Positions 1 through 13,584 of a DNA stretch of 64,000 nt are shown here, in pieces. The notes under the pieces are model-generated. The model worked only from the letters and a program-made list of their open reading frames with translations, had not been told where the DNA came from and did not search any database. The stretch's first letter is position 1. Each line of letters starts with the position of its first letter. The position numbers and the translations under genes are program-made. This DNA comes from Octopus vulgaris (lineage: Eukaryota): the NCBI GenBank assembly GCA_951406725.2, contig OX597816.1:77314001-77378000 (forward strand). Direction: 5' to 3'.

Positions 1-63
<63 letters not shown>
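1..63. repeat. (TA)n microsatellite
   Basis: Pure TA dinucleotide run from the window start. Confidence 0.97.
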
Positions 64-64
<1 letters not shown>

Positions 65-67
<3 letters not shown>

Positions 68-184
68 CACGGGTTTCTTTCAGTTTCTTTCTACCAAATC
101 CACTCACAAGCTTAGGTCGGCCCGACGTTATAGTAGAAGACACTTGCCTAAGGTGCCACGCAATGGGACTGAGCCCGGAACCAT

Positions 185-187
<3 letters not shown>
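65..187 (-). mobile_element. tRNA-derived SINE family A fragment
   Basis: Reverse complement of the GGTTCCGGGTTCA..CCCACTGCGTGGCACCTTGGGCAAGTGTCTTCTACTATAGCC segment seen at 20631-20907. Confidence 0.8.
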
Positions 188-237
<50 letters not shown>

Positions 238-288
238 CACATACATATATATATTTATATATGTCTAAATATAAGTATACTTATGCAG

Positions 289-320
<32 letters not shown>

Positions 321-397
321 AAACAAGTCAAAATAGAAAATACTAAAATAATTTTATAAAGAACATTTCATATATCAACTCGTGTGTTCCTTTTCAC

Positions 398-460
<63 letters not shown>

Positions 461-1005
461 CTAATTCTTAAGCACACACGCACATATGTATGTGTAAGCC
501 TGTATGTGTGTGTATGTGTATGTATATGTAGATACGCATTTTGTGTGTGCGCGTGTGTGTGTGTATTAAATAAATATCTCTCACTAAGCTTTCTTTAATT
601 CTCAAATTCGTCCTAATATAAAATTACTTGCAGCTGAACATAGTTTTGTGTTTGGGACATAATTTTGTGTTTGGGAATTATGAAACAAGGTTAACGAGGG
701 ATATTTATTCAATGATAATTCCTTACAGATTTTTATTTCGTATTTTTGTCTCTATAGAATCTTTCCTATATCAGTCAGTCGTGGAAATCCGTTTCGATTT
801 TATGGTAGATTGGACATATAATAAAAAAAATCTGTGGAAAGATATGTGTGTACATGTTCATATATATTTGCATGCGAGGATATAATCATTCACTCACAAT
901 TTTAAAATTGGACTTTGCATTGCATCGATAAAAATGTGTTATATAAGTGTATGCATGCATTCATGTCTATTTATGTATCTTTGAACATATAGATATAACT
1001 GTCGT

Positions 1006-1337
1006 GGAGGCGCAATGGCCCAGTGGTTAGGGCAGCAAACACGTGGTCGTAAGATCGTGGTTTCGATTCCCAGACCGGGCCTTGCGGGTTTTTATTGAGC
1101 GAAAACACCTAAAGCTCCACGATGTTCCAGCAGATTGGGGTGGCGAACCCTGTTGTACTTTCACCACAAGTTTCATTCTTTCTTCCTGTTTCTGTTGTAC
1201 CTGTACCTCAAAGGGCCAGCCTTGTCACACTCTGTGTCACGCTGAATCTCCCTGAGAACTATGTTAAGGGTACACGCGTCTGTGGCGTGCCCAACCACTT
1301 GCACGTTAATTTCACGAGCAGGCTGTTGCGTTGATCA
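1006..1337 (+). mobile_element. tRNA-derived SINE family C, tail type 1
   Basis: A-box-like TGGCCCAGTGGTTAGG and B-box-like GGTTTCGATTCCC; 3' half (CTGAATCTCCCTGAGAACTA...GTTAATTTCACGA) is shared with 54241-54532. Confidence 0.8.
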
Positions 1338-1413
1338 ATTGTACATGTATACCAGCCACGCAGGTATACATGTACAATTGAGCTCTCGTATAGAAATATA
1401 TCTACATATACAA

Positions 1414-1472
<59 letters not shown>

Positions 1473-1652
1473 TATGTATATACGTATGTCATTATGCATG
1501 TTATTATATATATATGCGTGTGTACATAAGTGTACATATTTATATGATAGAAAAATAAGCTGGTAAATAGTTTTATATACATTTATATACACACACACAT
1601 ATATATATATATATACAGACAAATGTATATACCCATTACATGCATCTATTCA

Positions 1653-1709
<57 letters not shown>

Positions 1710-1778
1710 CAAATATGTATATGCATAAGTACATAATACATGCATATATATCTGTGTGTGTTTGTGTATGTATGTGTG

Positions 1779-1940
1779 TATGTATGTATGTATGTATGTA
1801 TGTATGTATGTATGTATGTATGTATGTATGTATGTATGTATGTATGTATGTATGTATGTATGTATGTATGTATGTATGTATGTATGTATGTATGTATGTA
1901 TGTATGTATGTATGTATGTATGTATGTATGTATGTATGTA
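1779..1940. repeat. (TATG)n microsatellite
   Basis: Long pure tetranucleotide run. Confidence 0.97.
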
Positions 1941-2142
1941 TACAGCTAATCCGCGTTTCTATGCAGGCGTGGATACATATTTTGGCCTATATAATTTTAT
2001 ATTGTATTTCACCGAATTGTATTGTAAGCAACTCTTGCATAACTGCATATACGCATACCAAAACTTGTCAAACTTAATGTCTTCGTCCATGTATGTGTGC
2101 TTATTTGTGTGCATGTGTGTGCGTGTGTGTGTGTATGTGTGT

Positions 2143-2182
<40 letters not shown>

Positions 2183-2290
2183 ACGTTGTTTTGTCTATGA
2201 CATTTTCAATAGCATTTACTATCTTAGTGTCTGAGATTACGTGCTGACATGAACTGACTCTAGAGTTGAGTATGTGAATTCTTCAGCATT

Positions 2291-2336
<46 letters not shown>

Positions 2337-2737
2337 TGTGTGTGTGTACCTGCGCGCGCACGTGTATGTGTGTGTGTGTACGTATATGTGATGACTAATA
2401 AGCTGAAATGAATGCAAAGATGTACCAAAACCTGTTGCTTTATGTGTGCGTGCGTGTGTGTGTGTGTGTGCGTGTGCGTGTGTGCATGCGTGCGTGCGTG
2501 TGTGTGTGTCAATGGATGGATGTGTATGTATATATATTTAAATATATACATACGTATATGTGTGTGTGTGTGCGTGTGTGTGTATGTATATATTTATTCG
2601 TGTCTTTGTGTCTGTGTTTGTCCCCCACTTACAAAGAATAACTCCTGGGGTCGATTTCCTCGACAAAAATGCGGCGCTCCGGCACGGCCGCAGTCAAACG
2701 ACTGAAATAAATAAAAGAATAAAAGAATATGTATATA

Positions 2738-2776
<39 letters not shown>

Positions 2777-2779
<3 letters not shown>

Positions 2780-3082
2780 GGCGCATGGCTCAGTGGTTAG
2801 AGCGTCGAGGTTGTAAGTTCCCGGGCTGCGTGTTGTGCTCTTGAGCAAGACACTTTATTTCACGTTGCTCCAGTTCAGCTGTAGAAAGGAGTTGCGACGT
2901 CACAGGTGCCAAGCTGCATCGACCTTTGCCTTTCCCTCGGATAACACTGGTGGCGTAGAGAGGGGTGGCCGGTATGCATGGGCGACTGCTGGTCTTCCAT
3001 AAACAACCTTGCTCGGACTTGTGCCTGCGAGGGTAACTTTCTAGGTGCAATCCCATGGTTAGTCATGACCGAAGGGGGTCTC
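2777..3082 (+). mobile_element. tRNA-derived SINE family C, tail type 2
   Basis: TGGCTCAGTGGTTAGAGC A-box; core CTTGAGCAAGACACTTTATTTCAC; closely similar inverted copy at 50207-50536. Confidence 0.85.
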
Positions 3083-3083
3083 A

Positions 3084-3400
<317 letters not shown>

Positions 3401-3596
3401 TCACATATATACAGTTGAAATTTATAGAAAAACAAAAGATGAAGACAGGTGTATTAGTTTGTCGAACGGGAAGTGAGAATGTCTTTAACGATCCCAGTCA
3501 ACACTCTTCAACAGAAAAGAATAAGAGAAAATAAACAGAGAGAATAAAAAAATTGTGGATTTAGCAATCAAGCATGGTGATATATATATATATGTA

Positions 3597-5195
3597 CAGT
3601 GGGATGAAATAAATATTCCTACACGTCAAAATTCTTTATTTATTTTATTTCTAATGAACATAAATGGGATATACTAATACTATATTTGCATACACCAGCA
3701 TAAACTGAGAATATGCAAAAGAAACTAATAAATTATTGTAACTAATGAATTCATATACAATTATAAATATTTAGGGTGAAAAAAGTATTCGTACAGAATA
3801 AATTTATGATTTTCTATGCCACAAAATACTGTTAAAATAATTTTTTTTACTAGAACTTTCTCGTTTGTTCCAATAATCTTATCAGTTGTCATTTTTAAGT
3901 GTCAAAACACTAGCTTCTTCATTCAGCATTCAGACAACATAAAGTAGTATCGTAATAATGGCGAAAAGTAAAGAACTCAAACAATTCAGTGAAAAACTTA
4001 ATTATTGAACAGTGGAAAGCAGGTAAAAGTTACAGGAAAATATCAGAGACCCTTTGTATTCCATTTTCTACCATATCTTCATTTATTCAAAGATATAAAA
4101 AAAATCGGGAACTGTTCAAAACAGAATAAGATCCGTGCACCACGCAAGATTTCCCCTAGATCTTTAAGAAAAATGAAGCGAAGAATTGGAAAAAACGCAA
4201 TGATCACCAGGAAGGAGTTGCAAGAAGATTTGTTAGCTTCAGGGACTAGTGTTACACTATGAACAATCAGCAATGAACTTCATAGGAATGAACTGAAATC
4301 ACGCTCTCCTAGAAAAACTCCGCTGTTGACTAAAAGGCATAGAGATGCCTGTTTAAAATTTGTTTATGAACATAAAGATAAATCTGATACATTCTGGGGA
4401 AATGTTCTATGGACAGACGAGTCGAAAATTGAATTGTTTGGAGCCATGTTCGGAGGAAAGATGGCACCGCCTATTCGTCGAAAAACACAATTCCTACCGT
4501 AAAGTTTGGAGGTGGCAACATCATAGTGTGGGGATGTTTCTCTGCAAATAGTACTGGCAATTTACATGTGATAGATGGTAGAATGAATGCAAAGATGTAC
4601 CAAAATATTTTGAACAATGATTTATGGGACTCTGTAGAAAAGCACCAGCTTTGTGAAGGGTGGGCTTTACAACAGGATAACGATCCTAAGCACACGGCAA
4701 AGTCTACCAAAAAATGGATTGTCGATCACAATATAAAATTATTAGAATGGCCAAGCCAGTCACCTGACTTGAATCCCATTGAAAATTTGTGGCATTATTT
4801 GAAAATTAAAATTCATTCAAGAGCCCCAATGTGCATTGCAGATTTGAAGAAAATTTGTCAAGCTGAATTGGAAAAAATTCCTAAAGAAACATGCGAGTCA
4901 GTAATTAAGCACTACAAGAAGAGATTGGTTGAAGTGGAACTGAATAATGGTTATGCTACGAAGTATTACATCAGAATTATTAGTTATTTATGTTCTGTAC
5001 GAATACTTTTTTCACCCCTAAATATTTATAATTGAATATAAATTCTTTATTTACTATAATTTATAAGTTTCTTTTGCATATTCTTAGTTTATGCATGTGT
5101 ATGCAAATATAGTATTGGTATATCCCATTTATGTTCATTAGAAATTAAATAAATAAAGAATTTTGACGTGTAGGAATATTTATTTCCCTCCACTG
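3597..5195 (+). mobile_element. Tc1-family DNA transposon, full length, IR/DR-type TIRs of about 205 bp
   Basis: CAGTG...CACTG termini flanked by TA at 3595-3596 and 5196-5197; TIRs about 3597-3800 and 4990-5195, each with outer and inner direct repeats; internal DD34E transposase. Confidence 0.95.
3958..4970 (+). pseudogene. Tc1 DD34E transposase pseudogene
   Basis: Starts MAKSKEL at 3958; motifs WTDESKIELFG, QQDNDPKH and WPSQSPDLNPIENLW (34 residues between D and E), ending GYATKY; frameshifts, premature TGA at 4260-4262, expected stop after TKY lost. Confidence 0.93.
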
Positions 5196-5214
5196 TACAT
5201 ATATATATATATAT

Positions 5215-5278
<64 letters not shown>

Positions 5279-5314
5279 ATATATATAATTTTACATGAAC
5301 TAAATATCTCCTAT

Positions 5315-5515
5315 CTTTTACTTGTTTTAGTCATTAGATTGTAGCCATGCTGGATCTCACTGCCTTGAAGGGTTTAATCGAGCAAATCGACTCCAGCATT
5401 TATCTTTTAAGCCTGGAAGTTTTGTCGAACCGTTAAGTTACGGAGACGTAAACAAACCAACTCTGGTTGTCAAGCGGTGGTGAGGGACAAACACAAACAT
5501 AAATATAACCTCCCG
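5315..5515 (-). mobile_element. SINE family A 3' fragment
   Basis: Reverse complement of the family A tail (GTCGATTTGCTCGA..CAGCATGGCTACAATCTAATGACTAAAACAAGTAAAAGA). Confidence 0.7.
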
Positions 5516-5556
<41 letters not shown>

Positions 5557-5738
5557 ATATGTATATATATGTACATGTTTAAATAAATATATACATATAT
5601 ATGTGAATATGTATATATATACATATATATAAAGAGAGAGACATACATATACATATATATATATATATATATGCATATAAATATCTATATATATATACAT
5701 GTATATATATGTAAATATATATACATATATATGGATAT

Positions 5739-5866
<128 letters not shown>

Positions 5867-6062
5867 CAAATTTACAGAAAACAAAAGACAAAAGCAGGTA
5901 AGGGAACAACAAGCGTGTCAGTTTGACGCTCGGGAAGAATCGAAAAGTCTTTGACGCTTCGAGCCTACGCTCTTCGAAAGAAAAAGTTCAGTGGAAAAAA
6001 TGGAGAGCGAGCGCAAAAATAAACGGAAGGAAAACTATGAAAAGGGATTAACAGTTTAACGT

Positions 6063-6148
<86 letters not shown>
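6063..6148. repeat. (GATA)n microsatellite
   Basis: Pure GATA run. Confidence 0.95.
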
Positions 6149-6312
6149 CACACATACACACGCACACACGTACACACACGTACAAACACACACACACGCA
6201 CAACAGGCTCCTTTCAGTTTCCGTCTGCCAAATTCATTCACAAGGCTTTGAGCAGCCCGAGACTATAACAGAGAACACTTGCCCAACGTACCACGCAATG
6301 TACATATATAAA

Positions 6313-7907
6313 TTACATGGAAAAATGCGAACATGAAGAGTAATATTCTTAAGATTATAAACCTACAAAAGTACAGGACAAGTTATTACACCTGTAAATG
6401 TATAGGACAAGCTATTACTTCTAGTAAAGAATAAGAAACTTTTTACTTAAAATATTGCAGCAAAGAATGCCAGTTCTTATAATTTATCACTCTTTACAGT
6501 TCTCATCTTTTAAATTTATTGTGCAAAACTGTTCACCTAATTTGTAAGTTTGTGTAATTAATCACTTTTTTCTTTATTTAAGGTAGTGAATTAGTTCAAT
6601 TATCTTTATATATATAAAACTGAGAATGTGTGTCTGTCTGTGTGTTTCCCTAAAACTTGAGAACTACTTTTTGCCTAGGGCGAGCCCACAGCAATATCAT
6701 ATCTTCTCCACTACGATTCCCTAAAACTTGAGAACTACGCAACCAATTTCTTTCAAATTTTACACATGCCTTACTTAGGGTCCATGTAGTTTCATAGGCA
6801 AAAAAAATGTTCAACTTCTTGCCTAGAGCGAGCCCATAGCAATATCATATCTTCTCCAATATTCCAGTATTACTTGTTAAAAGTGAAAGAAAAACATTTC
6901 TCTATTTTATTTCAGATACTTTCACTTTAACAATAAAAAAAAATAGTAACAATTGAATTATATGTAGTAAGTAATAATTAAAATCAAACTAAAGTATAAT
7001 ATAATCGTAACATAAAAAAAGTAAAAATAGCAATTGGTATAAAATTGCATCAATGACTTGAACTTGAATAAGTGGTTTCACATGAATGGGACTAAATTAA
7101 AAATAAAATTAGCGTGCAGAAATGGAATAGTCCAGATGGATAATAAAAAATTAAATTAAAGCAAATAAAGTATACAATGTAGAGAAAAAAGAAGATTTGA
7201 ACACATGGAGGAAAGCACCTTCGAAAAGTGTCTTGGTGCGACTATGAAAGGTATCTAATCAGAGGCGGTAAATTCGCCACAATAGAAGCAAGGTTCGAGT
7301 CAACGGAGCGTGCAAGGGAGTACTCGACTCGAACTTGCAAGGTGAAAATATTTTATCTTTACCTTTATATGTGGGACGTAGGACGTCCCGGATAAAAATT
7401 TAAAATGCCCCAAGAAGTAGAGGTAGGCTGGATTGTAGCCATACTTCTACACAAGAGGGAGGACAAGATACAATTGATCGAAATTACAAGAGACGGGCTA
7501 ACAATTCCAGTCTGTTATATATTTTGAGTATTGTTATCACTAGTGATATCAAGATATAACTTTGTATTTTGTATTTTATGTGTAGATGTATATATATAGA
7601 TGTACATGTAATATGTACACATATATATACACATATATACATGCACTAGCACTATGACCCGGCAACGACGGGTCTTTAATGCTAATACTTAAATAAGTGT
7701 AGTGTTATTTGTAAACTATAATAAAATATTTTTAATATTCAAATTTTAATTTTAGCTGCAATATTTTAAGTAAAAATTTTTTATTCTTTACTTTATTTGA
7801 AGTAATAGTTTGTCTTATAATTTTACAGGTGTAATAACTTGTCCTGTACTTTTCCAGGTTTATAATCTTAAGAATATTACTTTTCATGCTCGCATTTTTC
7901 AATGTAA
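6313..7907. mobile_element. Non-autonomous element with about 155-bp inverted repeats (MITE/foldback-like), hosting a Helitron-like insert
   Basis: 6313-6465 is an imperfect reverse complement of 7750-7907 (e.g. GTAATATTCTTAAGATTATAAACCT versus AGGTTTATAATCTTAAGAATATTAC). Confidence 0.75.
6603..7685 (+). mobile_element. Non-autonomous Helitron-like element
   Basis: 5' A|TC followed by TATATATAAAA and GTCTGTCTG; subterminal hairpin GACCCG-GCAACGA-CGGGTC (7656-7674) then CTAA|T; no TSD. Confidence 0.7.
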
Positions 7908-9383
7908 GCCATGATTTTTCCAGGCATTGGTGTTATAAGATAATTAATAATGTGTCAATTAATAATTTAGGATTTTACCTCATAAAATACTAGGTAGTGG
8001 GGTACATTCTATTTTTAGCGTGTCGAACGACCAAGTAGAGGCTCTTTCATTGGTTTGATTGCGTGATGAGATTTTTTTTTTTAACATATATGTATAAAAT
8101 GCTTATATATCATAGGGAGAAGTTAGAGAGTAAGTCAAAAGCTGAGAGTTTCGTGTATTGGTAATTATCAAACACGAATTTGTCCATTGTCACTCAGTTA
8201 CTTGTGACGAAATAACTTCTAAAATACGAAATTTTGTCAAAAACGTTAAGAGTAAACCCTGATGTATGTGACACATTGTACCAGTATAGGAAGTTTCAAG
8301 GTGTTTAGTTTTTAAAAAAATAATTAAATAATCTGTACGTCAAATTGAATAGACCCGAAATGGATAAAAAGCAAAGTCGACCTGTAAACGCAGGCGAAGT
8401 ACCATTAAGAATTTCGCGCGACACGCTAACGTTTCTGCCAGCTTGCCGCCTTATGAAGAAGGCATTCATTTTAGCAATATATTCTTTATTCTTATTCGTT
8501 TATTGCTAAGCCTTACTTCCTTACTCTCTTACTTACTGACACGACATTTCTTGGCATTTCACCCCATAACTTTTCATCTACTAATTTTTGTTCAATGCGA
8601 CAAACGATTCTGAATTCCTCATACATTTTTCTATCATTTAAGCCTAAGAAAGTTATACTTTTATTTTAAAATTAAAAAGTTTATGTTAATTGAAGGTGAA
8701 TAGGTGCCTTACTGCCCCTCTTGAGATCGCAGATATTTTGATGTAACTTTTTTTCTACTGAACCAAATCTCAAACTATTTATGCCAAAGTGTAGCTGAAG
8801 AGGTGTCCTCTTTAACAGTTGAGAACTGAATTAGTGGTGAAGCTTGGAAACTGCTGCAATTGACGAAATGGTGAGCTTAAGAATATATTCAACCACTACT
8901 GTGGTTGAATGAAACATGATGATGGCTTTCCACTCGTAACCTAATAAAACCATTGCTGACTATTAAGAACATTGTACACTCACATAAAACTAAACTTTAC
9001 ACTTGTGGTCCTGCTGGTGACTAATGATTCCAGCTCTTGACAAACATATACGTACATAGGTATTGGTGACCTTCACTTCATATCAAAAGTTGACAGTCTA
9101 CTCCGAGTTTCGCACACAGTTGTTCCCAGTTTGTACTGTGTAATGCGATACTCAAAACAGACAGTCAGCCTATGGTGTTGTGCATCTATTTATAACATTC
9201 TATTCACTATATTATGTTCTATATCAGATAATATCTGCACCATGTAAAAATATGTTTATGTACTTTACAATTCATACGTTATGTATATATTTATATATAT
9301 ATATGTAAGCATGTACGTATGTATATATATGTATATTCATATATCATGCATACACAAAAACAGGACTATTTAAACTGTATATT

Positions 9384-9436
<53 letters not shown>

Positions 9437-10202
9437 TCATTCAGTACATTCATACAGGCATATATACATACATAATACATAATGCATACATACATACATA
9501 TTATATATATTTCAAAAATGAGTATATGTACGTGTTTATGGCATATGCATGTATATATGATGTTGATATGATACTTATGTAAATGCACATACACACAGTT
9601 ACACACATATTTGTGTATGTGCACGCGTGCGCGCGCGTGTGTGTGTGTGTGTGTGTGTGTGAGTGTGTGTCTGTGATAAAGGCACGTTAACAATCCTTGT
9701 GCGTGAGTATTAAGTAACAGGCTACTTTGATGACACGCAACTCTCTTGCTTTGTCTTTGTCAGAATATCTCGTTACGGTCTCAACAGAAGAAAAAAAATT
9801 AGAACAACGAACGTCGAATGTGTGAATCCCAGTTACACTTTCTTATCACAAGTGGAGGTGGGGAGCAAGTGATAAGTAGGGAGAGGCGGAACCAGCTCAA
9901 CTTTTAATCTGCAGCGTTTGTTAGTTAGTTAATGCTACTTTGCATTCTGCATCAATCTTATAGCATAAAAATTACTGTTAGCGCCCCCCACCACATACAC
10001 ACATACTGACAGAAAAATATTCACTTCAAAGAAATGAACAAGCCAAGTATGAACCAATGTTGGATCTTATAGAGGATAACAGCGCTAAGCAGTAGTGTGT
10101 ATAAATACAAACTTAACAATTTAGATACGCTTGAGACTTATTCGAATCGGTAAGAAAGCTATTCACTGTGTTTTGACATGGAGAAAATTTCTTTCGTGTC
10201 TT

Positions 10203-10244
10203 TGGCTGAAGAGGAGATAATCACTCCGAAATGCATGCATCCCA
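10203..10244 (+). ncRNA. Minimal type-I hammerhead ribozyme motif
   Basis: TGG-CTGAAGA-GGAG-ATAATCA-CTCC-GAAA-TGCATGCAT-C-CCA: canonical core, 4-bp stem II, palindromic stem III, AUC cleavage triplet, 3-bp stem I. Confidence 0.7.
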
Positions 10245-10862
10245 CTGTCCAGTCGCGTGACGCCTCGAACTGATTCGGTGTGTTTACACTAATTTGTCAA
10301 CAGCGAGAAATGTTCTCCTTGACAAAACAGTGAATGGCCCTCTTACAGGTTCGAATATGCTTCAAGCATATTTGAACTGATAACAAGTTTGTAATGTAGG
10401 ATCTTGCACGTGATCATTTAATCAATATGAAATAGCAACCAAATCCCATTCAGATCCCACCCTACTGATCTATTGAAAGTACACTTTGGATGATATAGTC
10501 GTTCCCAGATCGACGATGCGTTATGTTCTGGGGCAAACACTTTATTTAGCATTGTTTACTTCCAAGACTTGTACATCAATGAGCCAACGATCAAATCTCG
10601 ATGTTGTCGTTAATACAGCAAGAATCTAAGGTTTATTTTTTAAATTTTGGTTGTAGGATGGGTCTGTCCCAAATTAAATGCTAACATTTCAAAAAAGAAA
10701 TTGGGTCAACTCTGGTTGAACAAATCTTTGATTGGAAAGATTGCTGTTGTAATGCATTCCAGTTTTGTTTTTCAGTACTCTTACAAAGTTTATAGTTTGC
10801 TTTATTGCCTCATATTAGTAGGACAACAAATTGATGCTCTGATAATTTAACTTTTCAGTCAG

Positions 10863-10932
<70 letters not shown>

Positions 10933-11143
10933 TAGATCGCTAGCAACTATACCTTTTTTTCTATTTTCTCTCCCTGTTTATTTCTGTTTTCATTTCTGTC
11001 GAAGAGCGTAGGCTCGAGACGTAAAAAACTTTCTCACTTCCCGAGCGTTAAACTAATATATTTCTTTGTTGTTTAGACAGCCGTCTTCGTCTTTTGTTGT
11101 TTTTTTTTTTGTAAATTCTCACTGTGTGTGTGAGTGTGTGTGT

Positions 11144-11230
<87 letters not shown>

Positions 11231-11632
11231 CGTATCACTGGTGGGAAGATTAGTCTCATATCGCTGGTAGGGGGATGAGTCACTGCTGCCTCTAGTGGTT
11301 GTGTCCATCATCGACAAGATCAAGGAAGGTCGAAATCACGTGATTTGGTGGTCGCAGTGCTGGAGGTGGCGGTGATATATACAAAAAGTGTACTTTTACG
11401 CCGAAACCAATGCGAGAGTTTCTCGCATGGTATCTACCGCAATATAATTTGTTCTAGCAAATCATCCACATTTAAGAGGGGATGAATATTACCTCAAAAT
11501 ATTTTAAGCACTTTTTGTTTGTTTTGTTTGTTTGTTTGTATTTTATTTTGTTTTTTTTTTGTTGTTTTTTTTTGCAATCTTAACATACTACTAGGGAGTG
11601 TCTTCTTGTGCTGTTTCTGAATTCGATAGAAA

Positions 11633-11773
11633 AGGTGTGGCTGTGTGGTGGGAAGCTTGCTTCTCAACCACATGGTTCTTGGTTCAGTCCCATACTGTGA
11701 CACCTTGGGTAATTGCCTTGAGCTATAGCCACGGGCTGAAAGCCTTATGACTGAATTTTGTAGACGGAAACTG

Positions 11774-11775
<2 letters not shown>
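11633..11775 (+). mobile_element. SINE family A 5' part
   Basis: GTGGCTGTGTGGTGGGAAGCTTGCTT..GGTTCAGTCCC..CACCTTGGG..GTAGACGGAAACTG, ending in (CA)n. Confidence 0.8.
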
Positions 11776-11827
<52 letters not shown>

Positions 11828-11854
11828 TATATACATATAAATATATATATACTG

Positions 11855-11953
11855 TATTGAAAAGCAGCAAAAATACCACAAAAATTGTTACTCAGAGTTT
11901 CACTTTCCCGTTCTGAGTAACAGTTTTTGTGATATTTTTGCTGCTTTTCAATA
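11855..11953. repeat. Inverted repeat with 42-bp arms, derived from hammerhead unit family H2
   Basis: 11855-11896 pairs with 11912-11953 with few mismatches; the sequence matches the unit at 41036-41105. Confidence 0.85.
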
Positions 11954-12034
11954 AGGCATATTGCTCTACCTCTGGTATTCGGGTACTATTTTTTCCACGT
12001 ATGTATGTATGTATGTTTGTATGTATGTATGTCT

Positions 12035-12385
12035 TAAGGCTGTATCATGCGCGGGGACATAGAAATAATCGGACTGAATACCCGATCGCGCGGTTAAACC
12101 ATTGGGAGTGAAGGACTCCTAGTCCTTGTTAGAGCATCCTTCTAGGAGAAGGTAACTCAAGTAACTGGGATAACTCCGATATAAAATCTGCTGCTCAGGG
12201 GTTACCGATGATGTTGACTTGTTCTTCTTTTCGGATTATGGCTGCTGTTGCTTAGTGAGTGGGATTGACTCAGTGCACAGCCTTTCCTCACTTTAAAAAA
12301 CATCTTCTTGCACGGGCATTGCCCGATAACAACATTGATTAAGCTTCGTGCAATGGCCATACTCGATAACGAGGGGCAGCCACCG
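12035..12385 (+). mobile_element. Short retroposon resembling an RTE 5'-UTR-derived element
   Basis: Contains CTAGGAGAAGGTAACTC, resembling a motif of RTE 5' regions; flanked by (TATG)n on both sides. Classification is from recall only. Confidence 0.4.
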
Positions 12386-12557
12386 TGTGTGTATGTATTT
12401 ATGTATGTATGTATGTATGTATGTATGTATGTATGTATGTATGTATGTATGTATGTATATCCCTTTAGTTTGGTTTTGACTAAAGTCTCATCTTGTGCTT
12501 GCAAAAGTTCTTATGCCTCCTACTGTCCATCTCACAGAATAATCCATCCGCATGTTG

Positions 12558-12796
<239 letters not shown>

Positions 12797-13584
12797 CGTA
12801 TAATACATATGCGTGTGTAACTGTTTGTGCATGCGTCCAAGCGATGAAGACACTTTAATTGCCGTTGTTTGGTTCTGCTTTCACCACGATATACACATTA
12901 GAGTTTAATCTTACCTTCAAGCATTGTGCTTACCCGAAGTAACACATACCTTTGAAATATAGTTAAGTAAATATTCCAAGTAGACTGGATAACTGAGAAA
13001 CATAGAGATACTAACCCTAGTATCTTACGTTTAACGAATATAGCAGTGACAATATTGTTAAATATACAAAAGAACTTGAGAGATACATGGAATAAAAATT
13101 AACACTGACCTCATTCAAGGAACATTGACAAATCTTATATAACACATCAGTTAAACAAAAACTAGTTCGCTTAAATAAGAAGATTTAGACCATAGGAATG
13201 GGGGAAGCAATATATCACACTAAAAGCCTTTCGTGGAGTAACGATGTTTTTGCAATCAACTATTTTCATGCAATCCAGGAGTGAGAGGAAGCTCCACCCT
13301 ACAGAGTACTTCTTGTATAAACGACAAAAACATTTACTCACAACGAATATGGGCTACGTAAAATCAGAACTGAAGACGTTAAGACCATTCCTGCGTGACG
13401 TATGTGACAGTCATAAACACAAATCATGAAATATCTAAACTGTAAATCTTGAATGTTTACAAGAATTGTATTGATTCATAGGCGAGTGTTAAACAAAATA
13501 ATTTTACCTGGAATGTATATTGACTTTTTTGAAGAGGATCCAAAAAGTGCGATGTAACATAGCACAAAATTTTCCCCTGAAAAA

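Noticed and set aside
1006-1080. tRNA-like sequence with A and B boxes (also at 2777, 26844, 29596, 50460-50536)
   Set aside because: No complete cloverleaf, and each continues into a repeated SINE body, so these are SINE heads rather than tRNA genes.
1259-2247. ORFs such as MYVCMYVC..., YIYIYI..., THTHTH..., and poly-I/L/Y at 12308-12858, plus similar ORFs throughout
   Set aside because: They are translations of microsatellites that lack stop codons in some frames; there is no coding evidence.
11281-11300. CTCF-like motifs (CCACTAGAGGCAGC on the minus strand; TAGCGCCCCC near 9980)
   Set aside because: One has a spacing error and the other matches only half the consensus; both are expected by chance.
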